Positions 29,106 to 41,850 of a stretch of DNA of 64,000 nucleotides are shown one piece after another; the stretch's first letter is position 1; every line of letters starts with the position of its first letter. A program made the translations under genes and the position numbers. The DNA comes from the human T2T-CHM13v2.0 reference genome, Homo sapiens. The notes below the pieces were generated by a model. The model did no database searches. It was not told the DNA's origin and saw only the letters and a program-made list of their open reading frames with translations. The stretch is taken from the NCBI RefSeq assembly GCF_009914755.1, contig NC_060930.1; one strand, 5' to 3'.

Positions 29106-31399
29106 CTGTAATGATTTTTGATACCCTTTTAATTGAAAATTGAAGCAATTGGCAAAGCCTAAATGCATGCTATTTTATACTCTTTTGTAAAATGTTACTT
29201 TTGACTGACTATCCGAACCTGTGATTCTACTGGTAATAACTCTACCAAGTTACAAGATGCTTTTTTTTGTATGGCTCTACATTTCTCCCAATGGACTTTT
29301 CACCCATTTGTGTTGGCATAAGAAATACATTTGTATAAGTCAGCAGCTGTATCTTGTGTTTTGTTTAGGGAATTGTGGATAATATTAACTTTAATATACA
29401 TTTCTGTATTGCCAGTTCATCAAAAAGGAGGCTTGCGATTGTTCCCTGTTTAAAAATTGACATTTTAGGTTTCATTTCTGCATAGTAGATGTTGCTTCCT
29501 TAATGGTTATGTTAAAATTCATTTCTATTTTAAAAACTTGACCATATGATGTTTCCAGGAAGTATAAACCTTATCAAACATCTGTTCTAATTTTTCTTGG
29601 TAAAATCATTGCTGTTGCATTAACATTCAATAAGATTTTTGCATTCATACTGTGAAAAGTTTTTTAAATCAAAGTTTTGAGTGTTATTGTTAATCCAAAC
29701 AGCCTAAGAACTTTTATTATCTTTCACTAATTCAAAGAAGATTTTTTCACAGTGCCTCTATTAGTCTGGAAAATTCAGTTTCATAGAAATTGAAGCTATA
29801 AAGGGAATATTAACTTGTTCAGAATTTAAATTCTTTGATATAGTGTCTGAATTTCTTGGGATGGAATTTGTGGCAATCTCAAGAATTCACACAGTAGGTA
29901 AAAAACGTGTATTTTGAACAATGCCAAAATAAATGGGTATGTCTGGTGCTTGCTTACTGCCTTTTTACTTAAGAAATTTGAGATTCTGAATCAGGTGGTG
30001 TATGTTGTCTTTCTCTTAGGCCTGCTTTTATGCATGAATATACTCAATTTATTGTATTATTCTACCATAGCCCTGCCTGTAACATTTTGAAATCTTCTAA
30101 TCATTACAATTAACGTGTCCCCCAAATGAATGTAATTCCCAAAGTTGAATCATACTCTCTAACAGCAAAATCAAGAAATGGTTTCTTTATATTTTGTTTA
30201 TTTCCTTTTTCAAAAAATTGGATCAATGGGATGTATTTGCATTCTAAACTCAGTTAATTATTTTGAAAAATATTTTGAGTTAAACAATGAAAGCAAAATA
30301 TGGAAGTTCCTTAATTTCTCTAGTTATTTTATTAAAGTTGGCCAAACCATTCAATAATTTAATTTTGCATTTTAGGACTTAGCTATGTTATAAATCCAAA
30401 AGCTGCTCAATGCTTACATCATATTCTATTGAAAGCTTTGTGTTCAATAAATACTTTTACACATTAAAACTTTCGAAAAGCCTTATTGGAGTGTATAAAG
30501 TTACAAAAACAACAAGTGCCTGTTAAGCGATAAGGGGTTTATAATTCAAGTTCAAGATATCCTACTTTAATTTTGCTCTTGTGAAGTATGTTCTCTGTGC
30601 TAAAAAACCATATGTTTATATCCTGTAGTTATTAAAACGTAAAAAAATGGAAAGATGCTAATCTTATCGCTTTATAGTTTGATTTGTTCACAACATTATA
30701 TCATGGACAGATTAATCTTCAGGTTAAAGAGTTTTGCTGTAAGGGCACGGAAAAATGAGATGGAAGCTAGAGAGGTAAGATATTTCTTTCTTCTGAAGAA
30801 GCTATAAAATGAATATTTTAAATATATATTTTAAGTGAATGCTTCAAGTCATTGTCAGCATATTAAGTTGGGTCAACTTAGAGGCGAGATATTTCTGAAA
30901 TAACTAATATTTTGGAAATACTTCATTAACTCTATAAGCGTTATTTTATACTATGTTGTTTTGTACTTGTGAATACTGTGAGATTATTTTCACTATATCT
31001 CAATCTTAAATGATTCAGCAGTGCAATTCATTTTCTATGGGTGTTTTGGCCACTAAATAACATTTCCAATTTGAAGATTCTTTACCTCCTGATGTTTTTT
31101 GGATTAGGAATCTATGTTGCTTAAAATAAAACACGAATTTATTGTTTTGTCAGTACTAAGATATATAGACATATTTGTAACTGATGGTGAAGCATAAAGC
31201 TAATTTTCAGATTTTTTGAAATTTTCATTTTCAGAATTTTGGTTGCATCATATTTTGTTTACATGCCTTCTCTTATAGAGCTGCAAAAACTCCGTATATT
31301 AAATAGATTAGCCCTTTTTCCTGTGTCTTGCAAATGTTTTTATACTTTATTATTTGTGTTGGTTTTGATGGATGAAATTTACATTTTATGTAGTCAAAT

Positions 31400-33068
31400 T
31401 GAGAGGTGACAGCATGCTGGCATCTCTCGCAGCCCTCGTTAGCTCTCGGTGCCTCCTCGGCCTCAGCGCCCATTCTGACTGCGCTTGAGGAGCCCTTCAG
31501 CCCGCCGCTGCACCGTGGGTGCCCTTCTCTGGGCTGGCCGAGGCCGGAGCCGGCTCCCTCGGCTTGCGGGGAGGTGTGGAGAGAAAAGCACGGGCGGAAA
31601 CCGGGGCTGCGGGAGGCGCTTGCCTTGAGGAGCCCTTCAGCCCGCCGCTGCACCGTGAGTGCCCTTCTCCGGGCTGGCCGAGGCCGGAGCCGGCTCCCTC
31701 GGCTTGCGGGGAGGTGTGGAGGGAAAGGCAGGGGCGGGAGCCGGGGCTGCGGGAGGCGCTTGCGGGCCAGATAGAGTTCGGAGTGGGCGTGGGCTCGGCG
31801 GGCCCCGCACTCGGAGTGGCTGGCTGGCCGGCCCTGCCACCCCGGGCAGTGAGGGGCTTAGCACCCAGGCCAGCAGCTACGAAGGGTGCGCCGGGGTCCC
31901 CCAGCAGCGCTGCCCCACCGGTGCTGCGTTCGATTTCTCGCCGGGCTTTAGTTGCCTCCCCGCAGGGCAGGGCTCCGGACCTGCAGCCCGCCATGCCTGA
32001 GTCCCACCCCGCCTTCGCTGTTGGCTCCTGCACGGCCTGAACCTCCATGAACGAGCGGCGCCCCCTACTCCACCGCGCCCGGTCCCATCGACCCCGAAGG
32101 GCTGAGATCGCGGGCCCGCAAGCCGCGGGACTATCAGGCAGCTCTAACCTGCGCCCCAGTGGGAGATCCACTGGGTGAGACAAGCTGGGTTCATGAGTCT
32201 AGTGGGGACTTGGAGAACCTTTGTGTCTAGCTAAGGGATTGTGAGTGCACCAATCAGCACTCTGTGTCTAGCCCCAGGTTTGTGAACACACCAATCAGCA
32301 CCCTCTGTCTAGCTCAGGGTTTGTGGATGCACCAATCGGCACTCTGTATCTAGCTAATCTGGTGGGGACTTGGAGAATCTTTATGTCTAGCTAAGGGATT
32401 GTGAATGCACCAATTGGCATTCTGTATCTAGCTCAAGGTTTGTAAATGCACCAATCAGCCCTCTGTGTCTAGCTCAGGATTTGTAAATACACCAATCCAC
32501 ACTCTGTATCTAACTTTTGTGTGTAGCTCAGGGATTGTAAACACACCAATCGGCACCCTGTCAAAACAGACCAATCAGCTCTCTGTAAAACTGGCCAATG
32601 GGCTCTCTGTAAAATGGACCAATCAGCAGGATGTGGGTGGGGCCATATAAGAGAATAAAAGCAGGGTGCCTGAGTCAGCAGTGGTAAGCCAGTCAGGTTG
32701 TTTTCTGGGGATGTGGAGGCTTTGTTGTTTATAATTAAAGTTTATAATTCAGTTTTTCGAGTTTTGTGAGTTGCAACAGTCGTTGATTAAAAATGTGCGG
32801 TTTCATTCCCGAAGTTGATGAGCGCATTAACGCACCAGGGAAAATCAGTAACTCCAGATGTGGAGCATCAAGAGCTGTTATACTCCCTGAGTAAGGATTG
32901 CGGTTTAATTTCTGAGTTGGTGATGATTATGAACCCAGCAAAAGGAAGAAAGTGAGTACATCCAAACGTGAGCAGGAGGAAACTTGGAACATACTGTCTT
33001 TAGGAACTAATATCACTAGAGTTTGCAGCTTTAAAGTCTAGAGTAAGAACCCACGAATTCTGGACACA
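31400..33068 (+). mobile_element. LTR12 (ERV9) solo LTR, copy 2, CpG-rich, with 140-bp internal duplication
   Basis: TGAGAGGTGACAGC start, CCAATC enhancer repeats at 32200-32630, GAGAATAAAAGC TATA-like box at ~32651, and ..GAATTCTGGACACA end. No clear TSD. Confidence 0.95.
31484..31763 (+). repeat. 2 x 140-bp tandem duplication inside LTR12
   Basis: CTTGAGGAGCCCTTCAGCCCGCCGCTGCACCGTG occurs at 31484 and 31624. Confidence 0.95.
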
Positions 33069-33125
33069 GTTTATCGGTCTTCTCTCGTGGATACTGGGTC
33101 TCACCTCAAACATGTCTCTTGAGTG

Positions 33126-33405
33126 GGGCACAGTGGCTCATGAGTGTAATCCCGGCACTTTGCGAGGCCAAGGGGGGAGGGTCACTTGAGTCCAAGAGCT
33201 GGAAACCGACCACGCAAATAGTGAGATGGGAACAAAACAATACCTAGCCAGGTGTGGTTGCATGGCATGGGCATGTAGTCCCAGCTATTTGGGAGGCTGA
33301 GGTGAGATGATTGCTTGAGCCCAGAAGATTGAGACTGCAGTGAGCTGTGATTGCATCACTGCAGCCCACCCCGGGTGACAGAGCAAGACTGTCTCAAAAG
33401 GAAAA
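33126..33405 (+). mobile_element. Highly diverged AluJ
   Basis: CACAGTGGCTCA..GTAGTCCCAGCTA..GAGACTGCAGTGAGC. Confidence 0.85.
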
Positions 33406-33419
33406 GGCCTCTTCTTTAA

Positions 33420-33700
33420 GCTAATTCACTAAAGTTTTTACTGAAGTTTTCTTTTTCATAGTTTCATTTTTAATGTTTACTTCTTTGATTCGTTTGGATT
33501 TTTAAGAAAGAGTAAGGTAGAAATTCAATTTTTTCCCCAGACAGCTGGCCAGTTGTCTCAACACCATTTGTTTCATATGCCGCTGATTTGAAATACCAGT
33601 GTTATGTGTCAAAGTCCCATATAAACTTGGGGTCATTCCCAGATTCTCTGTTCTGTTCCACTGATATGTCTTTTTCCGCAATGTTACCATGTATTTGAGA
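33420..33700 (-). mobile_element. Old L1M ORF2 fragment (continues at 31270-31399, so it hosts LTR12 copy 2)
   Basis: Minus-strand translation YQWNRTEN..LYGTLTH..LASCLGKKLNFYLT resembles L1 ORF2. Confidence 0.7.
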
Positions 33701-34439
33701 ACATCACTTTCTTTTATTTTTTTCGTTCTAAAAGTAATATCCTGCTTATAATTGTTTATGTAATTCTTCATCATAGTCACCAATGAAATTTATATTGAAT
33801 TAAAGTTCAGAAACAAGTTCCACGGTGGTAAAACTGATTTTTGTTCATTGTTCAGGGTCTCCCTGAGATATACTTCCTTTCCTGCCATCTCTAAAAATGC
33901 TCATTTGTCTCCTTGATTCCTTTCCCCACTGTTTACCTTGCTCTATTTCCTCTTTCCTATGAGAACTTTGTCCATATGCGCATAGGTACACCGAGAGGGA
34001 AGTGTTTGCTATGGCTGTTTCTTCACAAAATTGAATGTCTTCCAAATTTGCGTCTGGTCAGTGGTCAGTCGACCCAGCTGGGTATACCCCTCAGCTCCTG
34101 TATCCAAGGCAATGCGTTAGCTGTATCAGTTCAATTTTACCCTTGGCTACACTGTGGGGTAGAGGGCTGATGGTGGTTGTGGCTTTTTAGGGACAAGTTG
34201 TAAAAACTCTATAGCTCTAGGTCCCCCGATTTCCAATCTTAGAGGAAGTGCACTAACTCTGACACAGGAAGAATGAAAAACATCATGGATGGGCAGTACA
34301 GATGGTGGCATTACCACAGTAGTGTGATGGGACCTAACAGGGTAGCCAAATACAGATTATTCTAATTCAGCTTAAGTTTTTCTTGTTTCCATAATTCAGA
34401 AAGAGCCTTTCTAGAGACACATAATCTAGAGATTTATTT

Positions 34440-35095
34440 TTCAATGAAAGTAATGAAACAAATGAGGCTACCTTCTAGTTTTGTTTTGTTTTTTAGACAG
34501 AGTCTCACTCTGTCGCCCAGGCTGGCATGCAATGACGTGATCTTGGCTCACTGTAACCTCCACTTCCCAGGTTCAAGTGATTCTTGTGCCTCAGCCTCCT
34601 GAGTAGCTGGGATTACAAGCACCTGCTGCCACACCTGGCTAATTTTGTATTTTTAGTAGAGACGAGGTTTTAACCATGTTGGCTAGGCTGGTCTCAAACT
34701 CCTGACCTCAGGTGATCTCAAATTGCCTGCCTCGGCCTCCCAAAGTGCTGGATTACAGGCATGAGCCGCTGGGCCCAGCCTACATTCTACTTTTAAGTGA
34801 GAACCTCCTGAAAAATTGCTCATCTCCTATACAACATGGTAGTAAAGAATGAACATCTTTGCTTTAAAAAAGGAAACTGTTGAGTAAGCAAGACAGTTAA
34901 AGTATTTGAGTATATTTATCATAACATTGAGGGATAAATGTGAAAAAATATAATGAAAATATGACTTTTTGGTTACAACATGATCAGTTAATTAAGAAAC
35001 AAAATTTGCAATAATCATATCACTGCTGATTATTATAAACCTATTATATTTTAGGATTCACATAATCCAATTCTAGAATTCAAAGAAAAAAAATC
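34440..35095 (+). repeat. Left arm of a local inverted repeat (~300-bp unit, Alu-interrupted)
   Basis: Matches the reverse complement of 37045-37410 and directly matches 6181-6405. Confidence 0.85.
34478..34780 (-). mobile_element. AluS
   Basis: Antisense Alu with TSD CTACCTTCTAGTTTT / CTACATTCTACTTTT. Confidence 0.95.
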
Positions 35096-35199
35096 CCATC
35101 CAAAAAATAATAGATTAGGCTATATGTAAAAATTGACATGTAATAGATTAATGTAAAAATGGACAATTTCTGCATTATACAATAAAACTGTGTTTTGAA

Positions 35200-35745
35200 G
35201 TATAGTATATTCATAGAAAATTTGAGGTACAGTAAAGTCAACAGATCAGGAGATGGCTGCCATTGATAAGATAACTTGTTACAGTTCCCAAGAGGCAGGG
35301 GCATGACACACCATGGGAGGTCACATGAGAAGCACCAGGGTCAGTTAATAGTCAGAGGGAGGGAGAGGGACTGTGTACAAAGGCCTTTATTATGGTTTCT
35401 CAAGAAAGAAACAGGTGAGACAGGGTAAGCAGGCTTAGGATTGGCTAGTGTGAATAATTTTAGTCGGTTCTGGGGCCTAGGGGGCTCTCCCTGGTTGTCT
35501 GGTACCTGATTCTTGGGTTATTAGGACAGGTGGATAGTGGCCTGGAATGCAAAAGCAAGATAAAGGAGGTGGCTGGTGTGTGGGCCCTGGATTTGTTTGT
35601 TGACGTTTGACAAGTAAGCTCAAAGGTGAGTCATTTACTATCTCTAGGAATTAGTTAACCCCGGAATGGGCCAGCTCCTTCAGGGTCAGCAAAGCTCCAA
35701 GAGGTCAAAGCACCAGAATAGAAAATAAAAGACATACTTAACACA
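35200..35745 (-). mobile_element. MER74-like ERVL LTR
   Basis: TTTACTATCTCTAGGAATTAG..CAGGGTCAGCAAAG..GTCAAAGCACCAGAATAGAAAATAAAA. Confidence 0.7.
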
Positions 35746-36233
35746 TTCTACAATATCAATTTCTAAAAATATAATATAAGCTTCCCAATGTATAGAATAT
35801 GTTCATCTTAAATAACTCCAGACCGAATGACCATTTATACCTAATACTCCCACATGGTCACAGATTGATGTCCTCATTGTCTCTATTTCACATGGCAGTA
35901 AGATGAGAAATAAAGGAGCCTCAATTCTTACATAATTGTAATTGTTTTATGAGAAAAGGAGGATTAGGAGGTAGAAGTTATAGAATAGTAACTGTTATAA
36001 TAAAAAGTTATTTTTCCTATAGGCATTTCAATGTAAGGGTGCTGCTTTTATTATAAATGCAGAGCTAAACAACCAAAATACCACTGGGCAAATCCAATAT
36101 TTAATTATATCTACTTTTTTTTAAGGTTTTTCTTTTCCTATTATTACCACTACTCTATTGTTGGGGAACACTCTTTATATATATTTCTCATGTTTTTTCA
36201 CATTTATCACTCAATGTTATGATAAAACACAAA

Positions 36234-36609
36234 TTTTTTTAATTTTAATTTTTTATTTTACTTTAAGTTCTGGGATACATGTGCAGAACGTGCAGGTTTG
36301 TTGCATAGGTTTACATGTGCCATGGTGGTTTCATGCACCCATCAACCCATCATCTAGGTTTTAAGCCCTGCATGCATTAGGTATTTGTCCTAAGACTCTC
36401 CCTCCCCTTGCCCTCCACCCCCTGACAGGCCCCGGTGTTTGATCTTCCCCTCCCTGTGTCCATGTGTTCTCAATGTTCAACTCCTACTTATGAGTGAGAA
36501 CATGCAGTGTTTGGTTTTCTCTTCCTCTGTTAGTTTGCTGAGAATGATGACTTCCAGATTCATCCATGTCTCTGCGAAGGACATGAATTCATTCTTTTTT
36601 ATGGCTGCA
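36234..36609 (-). mobile_element. 5'-truncated L1PA 3' end
   Basis: TACTTTAAGTTCTGGGATACATGTGC..TTTTTTATGGCTGCA, T-rich tail, and TSD AACACAAA(C/A)TTTTT on both sides. Confidence 0.95.
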
Positions 36610-37044
36610 ACACAAACATTTTTGAACAAAATAATCAAATTACTCAGTCAACGGCATTTTTTAAAGCAAAGAATGTTAATTCTTTTATTACTCTGTTGTA
36701 TACAACAGAGGTGTATACAGGTGTAAAGGAGGTGAATAATTTTTTTCACCAGGAAATTCTCATGTAAGAAGGATACTCTTTACCAAGGAGTTTAGTGGAG
36801 ATTAGGGTTTGACCAAGAGGAAGGAAGTTCTAGAGAAGGAGAGAAGGAAGAAAGAGAGGCCCCTTGGAAGGAAAGTATCTGGGAGAGTTTCAGGAGGGAA
36901 GTGAGAGTGAGAAGAGGCTCAGAGGCACAGCGGCCACGGAGGAATTTGAAAGAAGTAGAAAGAAGAGGCAGTGGAGCCTCCTCATTGGTCTTGGAACTAT
37001 AAAAATAACATCTGGAAGTATTTTTAGTGACTTTTGTGGTGTTC

Positions 37045-37410
37045 TTTTTTTCTTTGAATCCTAGAACTGGATTATGTGAATCCTAAGATATAATAGGTTT
37101 ATAGGAATCAGCAGTGGTATGATTATTGCAAATTTTGCTTCTTAATTAACTGATTCTGTTGTAACCAAAAAGTTCTATTTTGGTTATATTTTTGCACATG
37201 TATCACTCAATGTTATGATAAATATACTCAAATGGTTTAGAGTAACTATGTAGCTCACTCAACAGTTTCTTTTTTTGTTAAAGCAAAGGTGTTAATTCTT
37301 TGCTACCATGTTGTATAAGGAGATGAAGAATTTTATTCACCAGGAAATTCTCATTTAAAACTAAAATGAAGCCTTATTTGCTATTTTGTGTCCTTAATTG
37401 CTACAATATG
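37045..37410 (-). repeat. Right arm of the local inverted repeat (~300-bp unit)
   Basis: Reverse complement matches 34440-35095. Confidence 0.85.
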
Positions 37411-38269
37411 GTACTTTTCAACCTAAGGAAATTTCTTTGATTAGTATAGTGATTTTTTTGTATATTGAGTTGAGAAATCGTTTATTTGGAGACAATTAAC
37501 TTTTCCTTTTTATATATATGTTCAAAGCTTTTTTTTCTGATTGCTACATTTCTATTTTGAGTAGTATAGTTGTGTTCTTTCAGTGGCTTGTAATATGGTT
37601 AAAAATATTATACTTTGTGCTTTCTTCCCCCTTAACATATGTTTATAATAGACTTCAGAGATATTTGTGTATTTTCTATTTCAGATGTATGGTTTAAATA
37701 ACTATTTGGAATCCATAATAATTACTGTTCTTTGAGAATCTAATCCATGTGGTTACAAAGTAGTCATACAACTATAACTATCTGATACTGGTAAACCTGG
37801 AGAACACATTTCTTTTTAAGTTTGACTGTGTTTTTGTCTTGATAACATGCCATTTTTGGCAGTTGTTCATCAAAGGAGATCCCCATGAAGTAGCCACTGT
37901 AGGCATCAGATATTAAGTAGGTATTAAAGGAGGCATCTCTTCTAATAAACTTCAGGAATCTTTGGAGTTTGTGAGAAGAGGAAGAAATAGAAAGAGCACA
38001 GCCCCTTTCCCAGATGGAAGGTGTGGCTGGCCAGCATTACCATCTCAGAGCTGGCCGTGACAAGTGCCATCTGCCATGGCGGTTCAGCTCTGGCCTTTTT
38101 CCAGAATGGCAACATCAATGCTATAGTTCCCTGTGAAATTGGAGAAGTTAATTATACTTTAAAACTTTTTTCTGTTGCCTTAAAGATGCTGGCTTTGGTA
38201 TATAGGTAAGAATATACATGTATAAAATGCAAGAATTACGTGATGAATTTTCACTTGAATGTGGGCATT

Positions 38270-38725
38270 AAAACCAAATTCTAGAGCCAGATTGGTTGAG
38301 TTTGAGACCTGGTTCTGTTGCTTACCAGTCCTATGACAGGGGAAGTTACACAATCCTTCTGAGCCTCAGTTTCCCATCTGCAAAATGGGAGTGGTAACAG
38401 TACCTACGGCACAGTTGTGGGAGCTAAATGAAATTGTGTAGGTAAAGCACTTAAGAGCACACAGTAAGCATTCAACACATGCTACTATTATTATTATCAT
38501 CATCAATATCACCAGTCATTTAAATAATAGCCTTTTTATTACATTTGAAATAATTTGTTGTATGGTATAGTGGGAAGATCACTGGACTTGGAGTCAAAAT
38601 CAATGGTTTCTTGGCCCCCATTTTACTATTATTCCTCTGTGATGCCTTGAGATGCTTCTTATCCTCTGTGGGCTTCAGCTTCCTCACCTATAAAATGGAA
38701 TCAGATAATGCTTAAGTTCTCTTTC
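38270..38725 (+). mobile_element. Two MIR fragments
   Basis: TCTGAGCCTCAGTTTCCCATCTGCAAAATGGG and CTTCAGCTTCCTCACCTATAAAATGG cores. Confidence 0.8.
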
Positions 38726-39051
38726 AATATATTATTTGCTTCTTTTTATGACTTCTATTAAAACTTACAGTTGTCTTTTAAAAAAACCCTGCCCTAATAC
38801 TAACCCTACACTAGTAGTGTCTATACATGCTTTCTCTCTCTCTCTTTTACACAACACACACACACACACAGATAATCTTACTGTAGGATTTACTTTATAT
38901 GTCCCTAGGCCGATGCAGAATCATTGAGCAAAATAAAAATCGTATTGGATTTTTCTTAAGGTCATAGTGATACTGCACTACAGAAAATGACTAGTGTTTT
39001 CCAGCTTAATACACACACACACACACACACACACACACCTCAAACCCCTAA

Positions 39052-39430
<379 letters not shown>

Positions 39431-40509
39431 TAGATTAGTTTTGATTTAGCCTTCAAAGCTAACACCGTTAATCAAACAACTGACACAAAATATGTATGTT
39501 TTGAAAAAAGTTACCAAGATAGTTTGGGTTCTTCTGAAAGTTGAGCCTGAATCAAAGGCTTGGAGGAGGGGTGAACCCAGAAAATAAGGGACTGGAGAGA
39601 GGTAGATTAGGAAAGAGGGAAAACTGATATACAGGTGAGTTATCCAGGTGATAGGAGTACAATTCCACCTGGATCTCCGAGTAGTGTGGGTCTCTGGGTA
39701 GGTAGCCTCTCAGAATCGTCTCTGTTGGATGAAACCCTGGGGCATTCATCATCCACCACCAGTTCTGTCCATCCATTGGTTGGGGTTGCCCTAGGGTGTT
39801 AATTGCCTTGTACTTCCAGGCTGTGTTTTGTAAGGGCCTGGTGGGCTCCTGGGAGTTCAGCGAATGATTTGAGGCAAGATGTGGAGACTGAGGTAAGGGT
39901 GTCGGGTGGGCTCCATAGGCGAATCTGAACTAGCAGGAACTGTTTACTGCAGCTGTGACCGAAATCGGAGGTGAGTCAAGAGGATGGGACACAGGGCACT
40001 AAAACAGGCTGCTACAATTTCCCCTTAATGTGGCCACTTGCTGTCTCACCCTGTTTGGGACACCCAACTTTTCCTTGGGCCTCTTGCCCTCACTGTGGTG
40101 GGAGTGAGTGTGAGGAATGGGACGGGGGGGCACTGGGGTGAAGGTCAGGGATATCCATACGTCTCTCGTGAAAAGTGTTTAATTTTAAAAATGAAACTGT
40201 TTTTACAATGGTATATTGTTATTGTGATGTGGGGGTGACGGCAGGGGAAAGGCACAGAGACAGCGTAAGGCTGAGGGCGAGGTGCATGCAATGTCAGAGA
40301 TGTTTGTTTGAAATACTACTAGGCAATAAAAAATGGTGTTTTATTTTGATGCAGTGATTTGATAGGATTGACAAATGGCAGGTCAAAATGTCATACCTTC
40401 ACCCCCCATGTCAAAATGCCTGTTCTGATCAGCAGCGTAAGCACATTCCATCTAGCTGGATCTAAAAGAACTAAAATGTAAATGATTTTGGATAAGGTAA
40501 TATTTATGC

Positions 40510-41850
40510 TAAGTTTTAATTGTATATATTTAAGGTGTACAACATGATGGTTTATATACCTACCTTGATATACATATACCTAGTGAAATAATTACTACAG
40601 CCAAGCAAATTAATATATCCATCATCTATCTCATAGTTACCTTTCACGCACATGCACACTTCTGTGTGTGTGTGTGTGTGTGTGTGTGCGCGGCGCCTAA
40701 GAGTACCTCAAATCTACTCTTTTGGCAAATTACCCATCTATAATACAATATTAACTATAGTCCTCATGTTGTACATTAGATCTCTAGACTCATTAATCCT
40801 GTGAAACTGCTTTATGCAAATATTTGTATTGAAAAGACAAAGATACTTGGAGATGCATATTTGGGTGACATATCATTCTTTCCATAATTATGAAAAGGTT
40901 GATCAATATTTTGACAGAATCATTTTGATAATGATAATTCATTGCAGGCTAAAAAAAAAAATCCATGTGACTTTCAACTTTTAAAAATTACCAGATAACA
41001 TTCCTAATAGATACTGCCACCTCTCCTGGCCCCATCCCCTCCTTGATTCTCATCTTTTCCTTCATTCCTTCTCTCTTCTGTAAGAAAATTATTTTAAAAA
41101 TATATGTCTTCGTTTATTGTTTTTCCCCAATAAATTTACCACATTAGCCATTTTTAAGTACAGAGCTGTTAAGCACATTTATACTGTTGGTTGTGCAAAC
41201 ATCACCACCATCCATCCACAGAGCTATTTTCATCTTGACAAACTGAAACTCTGTACCCATTAAATAAGAGCTCCCCATACCCCAGCCCAGGCAACAACCA
41301 TTCTACTTTGTCTTTATGACTTTGGCTACTGTAGGTACCTCGTATAAGTGGAATCATACAGTATTTGTCTTTTTGTGACTGGCTTATTTCATCTAGCATA
41401 ATTCCCTTGAGGTTCATTTGTATTGTGGTATGTATCAGAATTTCCTTCCTTCTTAAAGCTGAATAACATTCCATTATATATATATACATATACATATACA
41501 CACACACACACACACGCACCAAATTTTGTTTATCCATTCATTTATTGATGGGCACTTGGGTTGGCTTCTACCTTTTAGTCGTTGTGAATAATATAGCTAT
41601 GAAAATGGGTATACAAATAATCTCTTTGAGACCCAGCCTTCAGTTCTTTTGGATGTATACCCAGTCGTGGAATTGCTAGATCTTATGATAATTCTACTCT
41701 TAATATATTGAGAAACTGTCCTTCTGTTTTCCATAGCAGCTACTCCGGTTTGCATTCCCACGCACTGTGCATAAGAGTCCAAATTTCTCCATGTTTCCTG
41801 ATACTTATTATTTTCTGGTTTTCTGACTAGCCATTCTAATGGATGTGAAA
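40510..41850 (-). mobile_element. L1MA/L1MB 3' fragments (40510-40810, 41130-41850)
   Basis: TTTAAGGTGTACAACATG, AACTGAAACTCTGTACCCATTAAA, GTGGAATCATACAGTATTTGTC and GATGGGCACTTGGGTTG. Confidence 0.85.

Noticed and set aside
31273-32183. Overlapping ORFs up to 228 aa (also at 26.3-26.9 kb and 43.4-44.0 kb)
   Set aside because: GC-rich LTR12 U3 is poor in stop codons, and the same peptides recur in each LTR copy
37065-37116. Small + strand exon (pyrimidine tract-AG ... GTATGA) inside the repeated unit
   Set aside because: Stops in all three frames, and the donor is lost in the 35-kb copy. No support as a coding exon
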